Source of the DNA: Lama glama
Taxonomy: Eukaryota
Assembly (NCBI GenBank): GCA_028534125.1
Contig: CM052816.1
Span: forward strand, 81,222,001 to 81,286,000
Direction of reading: 5' to 3'
Length of the DNA: 64,000 nt
Shown: positions 37,601 to 48,189 of the stretch, piece by piece
How positions within the stretch are numbered: the stretch's first letter is position 1
Layout of the letters: each line of letters starts with the position of its first letter
Notes under the pieces: model-generated
The model's input: only the letters and a program-made list of their open reading frames with translations
Database searches by the model: none
What the model was told of the DNA's origin: nothing
Position numbers and translations under genes: made by a program

Positions 37601-40600
37601 CTTTCAAAAGGATGAGGCTTAGGAACCTTCAAAATAAAGGTTTAAGAACTGAATTCACTCTTTTTGGTGAGATAACCTCCTCATAAAAGTAGAACTGCTT
37701 TCCCAAAACTGCTCTAACAGTATTAAATCTCGAAATGTGGCTCCTGGTTTCTTTATCTGTAAAATCAGGGGTTAAGTCGACAAGATAAAACCCATTAATA
37801 GGCCACAGATGCTCTATTATTATCCAAGTAAAGGCAGGCATACAGTAAACAGAATTGATCAGAGAAAAGCCCAAGATAGTTGCCAAGTAAATACTTAGTA
37901 CAAACATACACAGAAGGAAGATGTAATACTCTTGCAGATTTTACTTTTAATTCTGCCCCTTAAATTAGCTTCCCACTGCACTTAGAATAAAACTCAAACT
38001 AAAAATTCCCAACAGGAAAGCCCTGCAAATCTGGCTCTTCATGGTCCCTTCCAATTAGATCTCCTACCTATACTCTCAGCCACTTTCCAGGCTCCAGCCA
38101 CAGGGGCTCCCTAATTCCTGTGCAATTCAAGCTCTTTCCCACTTCAAGGCACTGCACAAGACCCTCTACTTTGAAAATGCTTCCCTCCCCCATTCCCCTG
38201 GCTTGGCCAGCTTCTCCTTCATGTCTTAAGCTTCAATTGTCACTGCCTCAGAAAAAGGTTCTCAGAGCACCTTCTCTCTCATAATAATCTGCCCTTCGAC
38301 TTCTCAGCCCTTAACATAACTTTAATTGTACTATCTACTCAAAGAAATGAAGGCTCTTTCATAATTCTTCCTTACATATAAACAGCACGATCTATAATCA
38401 TCACTATTCATCTTTTGGAAAAACCATCAAAGCCCTTATCACCTCACATAATTTATCCCCACTGCCTCTCCCCATAAATCCTTCTTGTACCATGAGGCCA
38501 GTATCAAGTCTCCCTAAAACAAGAAACCCAAGAAAAGAAGCTATACCAAGTCTGGGTAATTTGATCAACTCCCTCTAATGAACTTCTCTCACTTTACCTC
38601 TCTACTCAACCTTACTACCCACAATATATAAACAGAGGGCAAGTTTTAGTAAACCCACTCACCTTTCCTGTTATCAAGCCAAAACAGAGCAGGTCGTATT
38701 ACTGCTTCCCTTCCAGGAATATTCTATCCATACTTCACAGCCCAATACTAAACCTACTTCTTCCAAACTGCTTTCTAAATGTGCAGTTCTCAATCTCTTT
38801 TTTGGGATTTCTCCAACTTTTAAATTTTCATTGTTTTAAATATAGCAAAATTACAGAATTCTAGATTTTAAGAATACTCTACCATCATGTAAGTTGCTTT
38901 CACTTCTACTGACTTGTTCTTATATTCCCACAAGTATCTTCAGTCAAGAGGATGATAACATACATGATAGATTATTATGCATTATCAGATTAAGGTACTT
39001 TTAACATTCTTCAGATCAAGTCACGTAATTAATTCCTCTGGATCTAATGAAATAACATTACCTGAAACATGTTATCATCTCTGCTGCTGCTGCTCTGCTT
39101 GGAGGATGACAAGGCTCTTGAAGTTTCACCAGTTTTTTGCTTCTTTACAGGTTTTTCTGGAGCAACTTGCTTTTTCCTCTTTAACTTGAAAGAAAAACAA
39201 GAATATGGTTAAAACTCGCATAAGAACAAAACACAACTCAGGTTAAAAAGATTCCACTACTTTTGAAGACTTAAAGGATCAAAAGGCTAATTAAGAAAAA
39301 AAATTATAAACATATACATACGCAAGTTTCACTTGACAACAGAACTGTGAAACTAACCTAGCACTGTTATCCAGCACAGTGCTTCTGAAGTGTGTTGTCA
39401 GAAACCCAAAAGAGGGGAGGGGACAGCTCACTGGTAGAAGACTGTGCCTAACATACATGAGGTCCTGGGTTCAATCCCCAATACCACCATTAATAAATAC
39501 ACACATACATACACACATACATACATACATACACCTGATTACCCGCCCCCACACCCCCAAAAAAAGAAAAAAAATTGAGAAAAAAAGAAACCCAGAAGAT
39601 ACTTCAGGCATTAGACTGGTATTCAGAGAAAGTTATTTTATACACTGAATTCCACATAAGATTTCCTTGGGAGAAAAAATGATGGCGGGAAGGGGGCACC
39701 TGCTACTTTTGAATAAACTTTTGGAAATCACAAGTCTAGTAACTAGTCAGTTACTTATTTTTACAAAGAAAATATACTAATTAGGAAGAATAAAACCAAC
39801 TTATGATTATTTACTTATGCCTGCCTATTCCAAAAGGGACTTAAATTGGCTTAGGAGGGTTATGAGTAGGCTAAGTTAAGAAAGCTATTTTGTACTGGGC
39901 ACCAGAGGATCACAAAACTTCCTCACCAAAAAAATTAAAAATTAAAAAAATTAAAAATTAAAAAAATAAAATAAAAAGTACTTAAAAAATTTCCTTACCA
40001 CACACACACACACAAAATTGCTCACTGAAGATAGACAGCAATGTGTTGGGCTAGCATTCAAAATCAAAACAATGTTTTAAAAGCAGCATTACTATAAAAG
40101 CTTTTTATAAGGCCTCATTCTCGCTACTGCCCATGCAATCTAGTAATTCCAAATCCAAACAACAGGGGGCAGTCATGTTCCTTAATGGAAGGAAGGGATA
40201 CACTATTTTAACATTTTACTAAACTAGATGAAGCTAGGTACGACATAATGTATATATTCATGTACACAAACTGAAAAAGTGGATTTATTTAATGTAAATA
40301 CAGGACTAATAGTACTATTTGAGACAAACGGCAAAAATTAACTCAGCTCAATACGCAGAAAGCAATTACTCTTTGTATCAGGGTCCAGACAGTCCCTGTG
40401 GACTAGTACGTGCCTAGCACTTAACAGCTCAATAAAAATTTGTCAAATGAATGTATTCAAGTGCATATTTAAAAATTAAGGGACATTTCCTTCTCGAATA
40501 CAGCTGTGCATGCTCTTAGAAGCCTTCTTTCAACCTTCCAGGTGACACCATATTCGGTATTTCCCTATAAAGGTGCATCTCCTCCAGGATTCTCATATAA

Positions 40601-41418
40601 ACTCTCTTAACTAACACTGCTAACTGAGCTCAGACACACAACTATCTAAGCTTTCAGGAGATACAGGACAGTTCTGCATGGAAGAGGCCTTGACCACAGT
40701 GTGAGATGCTCAGTTAAACAAAACGCAGTTAAACTTTTAGCACAGTTCTTATCTAATGCAGAAAAAGCCTATTCTATCAAAATGGGTAATTTCATGTTAG
40801 CTTTGTTGGGTGTTAACTAAAAGGAGGGAACCAGAGTAAATAACATTCTGATTTAAAAAGTACCAAGCCTACATTTTATGCAATCCTCGTAGGGCTGCAT
40901 AAACATCAATGGCCAAGACATCTGTCAAACTGACAACTGCTGTCAAGGAGTTCAGATAATCTGACTCAACTACTACACAGAATACCTACAGATTAGGCAG
41001 ATTACTAAATAATGGCACACAGTGGCTTTGGCCTAATTCTAGTGCTACCCTCCTAGAGTCTAAAGACAGTGGTTCTGCAGCTTTAGGGCTCCTGAAAAGC
41101 CTCAACAGGAGACTTGTTATGTCGGAGGCTTGCTCAAGTATGACTTAGGGGCTTGGCACGTGCATGTGTCTACAAGAAGCACACAGGAACTTTCATCAAG
41201 TGGTCCAGGAGCCACTGCACTTCCAGAAACACCTATCCAGATTCTCGTTTTAAAATTCTGATACGCTTCACTGTCCTTCAGAACTGGATGTGGGCAATAA
41301 TTATGAATTAAGTATCAAGAAAATGACATGGTGCAGTTATAGTCACCTTTTTGTCAACTTCACTGTCAGAATCACTGCCGGAAGAGCTTGAAGAAACAAG
41401 TTCCTTTGACTTAGGCAT
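27364..41418 (-). CDS. SUB1: SUB1/PC4 activated RNA polymerase II transcriptional coactivator p15; spliced CDS join(41347-41418,39062-39184,29033-29141,27364-27443), 384 nt = 127 aa + stop
   Basis: Four exons with GT-AG boundaries and consistent phases (0,0,1) translate to [127 protein letters not shown], recognised as PC4. Confidence 0.98.
27930..28150 (+). mobile_element. MIR in SUB1 intron 4
   Basis: tggttaagagc...gggttcaaatccc...ctctaagcctcagtttcctcacc. Confidence 0.7.
29033..29141 (-). CDS. SUB1: SUB1 exon 4; [36 protein letters not shown] (PC4 ssDNA-binding domain)
   Basis: Acceptor tttttacag|ATT; donor AAAG|gtgaga; 109 nt. Confidence 0.97.
29365..29975 (+). mobile_element. L1M (MA/MB-type) 3' end in SUB1 intron 3
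   Basis: cactatggaaaacag...ccacttctgggtatat...ctaagtgaaataagcca...aaaatggttaaggtggtaaatt...cacaataaaaa. Confidence 0.85.
30775..30942. mobile_element. Tigger-family MITE (MER8-like)
   Basis: TIRs CAGTTGACCTTTGAACAAC / GTTGTTCAAGGGTCAACGG with TA flanks. Confidence 0.85.
32545..36005 (+). mobile_element. Nested L1 cluster: old L1M ORF2/3' end with a younger L1 (~32745-33995), a SINE (34268-34375) and an L1 tail (34636-34921)
   Basis: ORF2 C-terminal peptide [34 protein letters not shown] (ORF 32969-33181); TSD ataaaaattctag at 34623-34635 and 34922-34934. Confidence 0.9.
34268..34375 (+). mobile_element. Vic-1-like SINE
   Basis: gggtgatagctcaatggtagagcacgtgcctagcatgaacgaagtcctgagttcattccccagtacctc. 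Confidence 0.85.
37398..37560 (+). mobile_element. Short L1 3' end
   Basis: ctgtacagcacaaggaacta...aatgaaaaagaatatgaaaa...tacaccaga. Confidence 0.75.
37960..38340 (+). mobile_element. L2 fragment
   Basis: gcttcccactgcacttagaataaaactcaaact...aaggcactgcac...tcactgcctcaga. Confidence 0.6.
39062..39184 (-). CDS. SUB1: SUB1 exon 3; [11 protein letters not shown]...RDDNMFQ
   Basis: Acceptor tctttcaag|TTA; donor CAG|gtaatg; 123 nt; lysine-rich region. Confidence 0.97.
39414..39585 (+). mobile_element. Vic-1-like SINE with (CATA/CA)n tail, 14-bp TSD
   Basis: agaaacccaaaaga (39400-39413) / agaaacccagaaga (39586-39599); B box gggttcaatcccc. Confidence 0.9.
41347..41418 (-). CDS. SUB1: SUB1 exon 2 coding part (exon 41347-41419); [24 protein letters not shown]
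   Basis: Acceptor tttctttcag|A ATG; donor AAG|gtgact; 72 coding nt; serine/acidic N-terminus. Confidence 0.97.
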
Positions 41419-43129
41419 TCTGAAAGAAAAAATACATTACATAAATAATTTAAGAATTGTTCTACAATTAACTCTCCCCCAATCAAAGATTTAAGAATCC
41501 CATGGTTCATTCTACCATTTTGCGGTACTGGAGCTGTTTCACTGAGCACAATGCTAGAATTTATACTCTTAATCTATGCTCTTCCAAATTGAAAATAACA
41601 CGCAGAGTGAAGTGTTCTGAGCCCAGCAAGAACTAAATGTCATACCCATCTCATTACTCCTACACCTCTCTCTCAAAGCCAATGGGTCTTTTTATACATC
41701 ATTTTAGCAGGGTTAGATGTTTATGGATAGGGTAAATTGCAAGAAGACAGCTGACAACAATCACTGTTAAAACCAGGAAGAAATATGATTAATTACTCTC
41801 AGTACTGCTTTATACAATTATTCTCTGCAGGAACTGACCCCAACATTCACACAGCATGGCAAACAACTGTACTACACAGATGTCGATATCTAATTGATTT
41901 TACCATTATAATCCTATTTTTCATATTTTGTATATGTTCTTAATATTTTTTGGCTTTTTGACCATGCCATCAAAATATCAAGTACCAATTCAGAGTTATA
42001 CATAATTCACAGTTAATTACATTTTACGCTGATTTTCTACTCTGTAATACAACTAAAATTTGAAGAATGTGCTTATGGGAGGGGCAAAAACCTTCTACAA
42101 ATTTCTACTGTGACCCTAGTTCCCCAGGCCCCCCATGCAGAGGTATCGGGCAGAGCCCTGCTTTCACATGGATGTTTACATTGCCTGAGCACAAGGCAGA
42201 CTCTTTGTGCCTCTATGTTTCCCAAATTTCAAGGAATTCCAAGGCATACTCTACCTCTTTTCAAAGCACTCATAATACTAGGTAGTAAAATGCTTTTCAA
42301 AACAAGTATCTTTGCTCTTTCCATCTCCATCTCAGAAGAGACTGATTCCTATTAATTTTTTTATGCCCTAAAGGGCCCAATATACGCAACACACACTGTT
42401 ATGTTTGCTGAATTAAAAAAAAAAAGACTTCAAAAAAAATCATAAATAATTCAGGTCTCGACTAAACTTGCACTAGCACTGGCACTGAATGTGTCCCACA
42501 ACAGGAGGTCAAGGTAAAGGAGATGGGCCATCCTTGGCCTAGCCCCTAATTCAAAAAGCTCAAACCATGCCCAACCCAGCCATGTTGATTTCCACTGGCA
42601 ATTTTTTGATGACAAGAAGAGTAAATTCAGAGGGGAGCAGCAACGTTCATAAGCACGTTTTATACATTAGTATTGTCACTGCTCCACTTTACAATCTAAT
42701 CTCCAAGAACAATTTATTTATTTTTTAATGCCAGCTGCTAATAATGCTAAGAAACATTTTTCAAAGGTAATTAAATTAAACATAACCTATTTTCACTTTG
42801 AAACGGCCAAGCATAACCCTACCATCTGTTCATGAAAGACGCCTGGGGGCCTAAGATCATTTCAAAGAACCACCAAAGAAACACCTTGGGTGTTTAACCC
42901 AAATAAGTCCATCCAACACAAAAACAAGATAACGGTAACCAAAGCCAGCCTCTTTGAACCTCTAACAAAATACCCTTTTACTTAATGAGCCTTTATTGCT
43001 CAAGGAAAAAAAGGGGTGGGGGATGCAGACTCGTAATCCTGACAAAACGATACTAAAAGCGGTGGTGTAGAACATACGCAAAACACAGCTAAGAAAATAA
43101 ATCTTCGATCTTTAATGATGGCATGGAGG

Positions 43130-44080
43130 AGGATTAGAAGACACGAGGTGAAAATAAACTAGGACTAAAGGGCCCATGATTTCGGTACAACACGAGGGCG
43201 ATAAGCACCGAAACGGAGGAAGAGGGTCGCGCGGTGCCAAGAAGCCGCCAGGACCCCAGGACTGGGAACGGCTTGGGCAGGGGGAGACAGGTTGGTCGGA
43301 GGGGGCGTGGGAGGCGGCGAAATGCGGAGGAGACGGCGTGGGGAGAGGAGGGACTTGCACCAAGCGCCATTTTCTTCTCTCGAAGCGCTCACTACCCCCA
43401 ACCAACCAGCCGTTCTCCCCATCCCCGAGCCCCCACCGCACCCCCCACCCTCCTCCGACAAGGTCTGCGCCCTCCCGGCCCCAGAGCGCCCCCCATCCTG
43501 GGGACATAAATGGGGGCCCCTGAGAGACCTTGGGGAGGCGCAGGCCCCGCACGCGCCCCCGCCCGGGCCCCGGAGGCCGCTGCGTTGTCCCAGGGGCGCC
43601 CCGGCCCCCTCCCCGCGGCTCCTGGTCCCAGCCCTGCCGCGCCCCGCCGCCCTGGGGACCAGTCTCAGGCACAGAAGGTTCTGCAACGCTTGAGGCGCGG
43701 AATCGGGGACCGAGAAGGTGGTTCGAAAAGCCGAGGAAGGAAAGGGAGAGATCAGGCAGCGCCGCCATTTCCCGCAGCGGTCGCCGACGAAAAGGAGGGC
43801 CGCAGGCGGCAAGCGGCCCCGCTGGGAAGGTGGGGGTCGGCCGGGTGGGAGTTCGAGGGGTGGGGGCGGGGTCCCGAGCACTCACGCTCCGCTCCTGTAG
43901 CCGACCTGCTTTCTGCTCGCTCGCTCGCTCGCGACTGACAGAGAACCGGAACTGACGGCAGCCAAGAGACGCCGGCCCCGCCCCGCTGGGACTGCGGACA
44001 CGTGATGGGGCGTGGCCTCCTCGCAGAAACCAACACCGAGACCCTTTCCAGGGCCTTAAAGGGACCGCCCCTGGTCCTGA
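43130..44080. promoter_or_regulatory. SUB1 CpG-island promoter
   Basis: Very GC/CpG-rich; GC boxes at ~43975-43985 and ~44007-44017; E-box CACGTG 43999-44004; CCGGAA ETS core 43946-43951; YY1-like CGCCATTT at ~43365 and ~43763. Confidence 0.9.
43886..43950 (-). other. SUB1: SUB1 non-coding exon 1 (5'UTR); TSS approximate
   Basis: Donor GGAGC|gtgagtg at 43886/43885 inside the CpG island; ctctgtcagtcgcgagcga resembles the recalled human SUB1 5'UTR. Confidence 0.8.
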
Positions 44081-46140
44081 ACAGAAGCCAGGAAAGTGAA
44101 ATGTCGCAAAGATTGGATCTGACTTGTGAGTGAATGTGGGAACGAATAAAACAGGAATGACAAGCACTGAGCTTTGCAGTTGTTTCATAAACGTTTCTTG
44201 TATTAAAGTGAAATGCCCATACTGAAAAAGATCAACACTTCTGGCCCATTTTCTGAGAAATGATCTTTGTAGGCCACCCCTTACTCCGGTATTTGACCCT
44301 GGCAGGTAAAATCCAAAGGAAAGGAGCCAAAGTCACAGCGTTCAAATCCAGGCAGTGCCAATGAATGCAGAAGTACATTGCAATGAGGCACTTCACGTAA
44401 ATTACTCATCCTAACAAGCACTTTTCAAAGTAGGAATGATCAGTCTCTCCATTTTATAGATGAAGAAACCGAGGATCAACAAGGTTAAATAAGCTCTGCT
44501 GTAGGTTGTACACGGAGTGAATCATGATTCAGATCCTACACTGCCTGAGTCACACTGCTGCAGACTGAGGGATATTGCAAAAGCTCTAGCCCACTCCTAT
44601 GCATGCAGTGTCAGGCTAGATGACCACCTTTAAAAAATGAAACACTGTATAATTCGTTTTGTAGAACCTTCCAAAATGACAGGAATAATCTATGGAAATC
44701 TAGATCACGTTACTCTTGGGGAATATAATTTGGAATGAGTATGAAGGAACATATTGGGATGCTGAATATGTCTTGATCTGGGTAGCAGTTAGACAGGCAT
44801 ATACAGATGTAAAATTTTACTTAGTATTTGTGCATTTTACAGTATATAAGATACACTTCACTGAGAAAGTTGAAAAGTCAAAAATAAAAATATGAAAATT
44901 AAACTGTAAAAAGATAAAACTCACTCAGTAACCACTGTTCCAGCATGGTTGTTTGCTAGCCTGGAGTCTGCAAACCCAAAGGCAGTTACAGAAGCAACCC
45001 CTCTGACCAAACTCTGGCCAGCTGACCACAGTTCCCTTGGGGCTAACAGTGCCCCGGGGCACTGTAGCGGGTATTTGATTGGACTGCTCTCATAAAGTGG
45101 GGTAACTAGTGGCTCACCAGGTGTCCTGGGCCCTGGGAGCCTGGGAGCCATGGTTCTCTGTCAAAATCTGGATGCTGGCTGAGAAAGGACAGAGTTCAGG
45201 GCACTGGTTGGAGTCATTTGACCCACAACCTCCCCTCCCTCTCTTCCAGGACAGAAAGAGCTACAACTTTCTTTACACAAGTACAGGAAACTGCCCAGAG
45301 ATCCTTTCCCAGTTTATTCACTCATATATTGAGCACCCACTATATGCCAGCACTGCTCTAAGTGCTGGGAATTCAGGAAAGAATAAAACTGAAAGGGTCA
45401 CTGTAAACTCATGGAGAAGACAATAAGCAAGTAAAGAATTAAATAGAGATGGTAGTTTCAGATAAGTTCTATAAAAAAATGAAAGAAAAACAGGATGATG
45501 CAGAAGAGAGTGTTTGGGTGAGGTTAATTTAGATGTGAAAGTATTTAAAGCCAGGAAGTGCTGGCTTTGCAGAGCTCCAGGAGCCCAGGTCTAGCCTTTC
45601 TCTAGATCCAAGATAGCACCACTGCCTCTTCCTCCTCACCCATCCCTACTATTAATAAGCACCAAGGAATCCCGCAGCTTCCCTGCAGTGGTGTCTATAC
45701 CCCGAGAAATAGATCTGTGCTACACACGAAATAGCGCAGGACTCCCTGTAACTGTGAAAGGTAAACTACAGCTGCAAATATTATAAAATTCCGGAGAGCT
45801 GGGCTTCTGGGTTGGAACAGACCGGGAACACTTTGAAGAGGAAAACAGCCTTAAACTTGACCTAGGGAGATGAGACAGAACATTTGGAGTGGGAAAAGAG
45901 GAAGACTCTCAGGTAGGTACAACCGCAAAACGAGTAAGGCACATGGAAAGGCCATGAGGAGTCAATCCTATTGGAGCAGAGAGTTGGCACAGTGGAGGAG
46001 TAGGAGATTCATCTGGAAAAGTGGGGCGAAGCCAGATGACAAAGGGCCCTGAATGAAGTCCGAGGAGTTTGGATTTTATCCCACGTGAAAAGGAAGAGAG
46101 TGGGGTGTGGAATGTCTGAGGTGATACAAAGATAGAGCTT

Positions 46141-46607
46141 TATGGGGTTCAGGCAGGCAGCCCCAAAATATACCAATTTGGCACATTGATTATTTTGAAT
46201 TAAAGTTACTTGAGAAACAGCTGATACAAGAAGAACCTCCTTGTCCCCTTGGAAGCAAGAAATAAATCTCCCATGTGAAAGGTACCCTCCTTGTACCAGG
46301 AGACAGAGAGACATCCTTATTATCAGAAACAGGGACTTCAAGGCCAGGAAGGTTAGATCACCAAAACTTGTTACTTTACTAATTTACTACCCCAAGCCCA
46401 AACTTTTTTTGCCTTGTCAATTCTTCAGAAATTTATTGTTTATTTGTCTAAAAGGTATTTAAAAAAAAACTGCCTCCTTTGGTCACTTCTACCCATTCAT
46501 ACAAATTAAATTTGTTTTTCTCCTGTTACTCAGTCTCTTGTCAATTTAATTATTAGAGCAGTCAAAAGAATCAAGAGTAGTAGGGGGAAATTTTCCCTTC
46601 CCTGACA
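46141..46607 (+). mobile_element. ERV1 solo LTR (MER34-like)
   Basis: ccccaaaatataccaatttggcacattgattattttgaattaaag ... attttcccttccctgaca. Confidence 0.7.
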
Positions 46608-47674
46608 GGTTGAAGAAAGAAGAAGGAAGAGCTGGAAGCTGGAGACATCGTAGAGGAGGGTGCTCTAACTGCCATGGTAGGAAGTGATGAATTCCTAGGA
46701 TGTCAAAGTGACTTTCGTTTGGATTTGGTTTCAACTGAGCTGTCTGTGCACATGTCTGGGTCCAAGAGAGGGAGCACTAGTAGTAATAAGTTTAAGTTCT
46801 CAACTTAAACCACAGGGGTCCAAGTAACTCTCTTTGAGACCCATTTGCCTACATTGAATGCAGAGGGGAGACAGCCAACCTACATTCTTTGCCACTGATT
46901 GTTGCCCAGCTGCGGTATTGTGTGGGCTCAAGGTGGCACCCAAAAATAAACTCCTAGGCCCCAATGTGCAACAAGAGAAGACACTATACCCAAGAGCGAA
47001 AGAGGCTCGGAGACTCCAGCAGAGCAACACTTGGTAAAAGCAGTGTTCAGTGGTGACCACCAGGCTCTGGGTCAACCTCATTCCCTGCAGAGGGAGATTC
47101 AAGAAGTGCATTCTCATGGCCGCTCTCGTAGAAGGCATATGTGGTACAGAATCTCAAAATATGAAAAGGAACAGGAGGTAGAGGAATGGTTAGGGATTTG
47201 GCAAAGTAGAAGCAGAGTGCAAACCATGGAAGTCTGAGGGTTCCAGGGATGGGGGTAAAAAAGAGGGTGAACAACTAAGTCTACATATGGAGCAATTAGA
47301 TCCACGGCACCCAGCCACTCCACCCTCGTCGGAGAAGGGAGTTATATCTTCTCTGGGAAAACCAGAGAGGGATTGGTGTGTGTGCAGACACTGAGGGCCA
47401 CACAGATGACAGGGGACTGATCCAAGTCTGAACATCAACGTGAAAACATTCCTCCCCAGACGCTTTCGCCTTCTAATGCTGTCTGACTTTTAAAAGATTA
47501 AATGCAGACAACAATACAAATTAATCTCTTTTAAAAAAATGTGTCATAAAACTCTGAGTCATAATAAAATAAAAGTAAACATGAAAATAAACATGGACAC
47601 AGTCTACTTGCTGCCCTCTAGACACACACACACACCTTCATCCCTCTCTCTCACATGCACCCACCTAAAGAAAT

Positions 47675-48189
47675 TGTAGGAGAGGCAGAATTTGTAGGAG
47701 AGGGTTTGCCTCCACCCTCTATGGGTCCTTACTGGGCCTGAGAACTCAATTGACTTCAAACTAAGAAACAGGAGGAAAGCATATACAAATTTATTTAGTA
47801 TATGATTTACATGACACAGAAGCCCTTATAAGGAATGAAGACCCAAAGTAGCAAAATCTAGATGCTTTTATACTGGTTTGAATTAGAGGTAATTGTGGTA
47901 AAGTTAGTTACGTGGAGAGGCTATACAAAAATAAGAATTATTTAAGAAAAGGTCTATTTGTATGGAATTTTCTCAGTCTCAACTTCTAGTCTTGCTGATA
48001 AAAATGTTACTTTCCTTCTGTATGTGGGAAGACAGCTTCCATATGGGGGTTTCATCCCCTGCTTTTACAAAGAAAAAAGAGAGGGTCCGAGTAGCCTTCT
48101 TGCACCTGCTGTCTAAGTGCCTTTAGCTCAAAATAATGTTGATATCAATTTTAAGGCATATTTTGCGATGACAGATCTGGCCTCCAGCA
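47675..48189 (-). mobile_element. ERV1 solo LTR with 4-bp TSD AAAT
   Basis: AAAT|TGTAGG...CCAGCA|AAAT; ctttagctcaaaataat...gcatattttg (MER34-like, antisense). Confidence 0.75.

Noticed and set aside
386..39585. tRNA-like sequences with A/B boxes (five copies)
   Set aside because: A-rich tails, TSDs on several copies and no clear acceptor stem show they are SINEs, not tRNA genes
43112..44188. 358-aa and overlapping ORFs on both strands
   Set aside because: Low-complexity Pro/Gly/Arg translations from the stop-poor SUB1 CpG island; no recognisable domain
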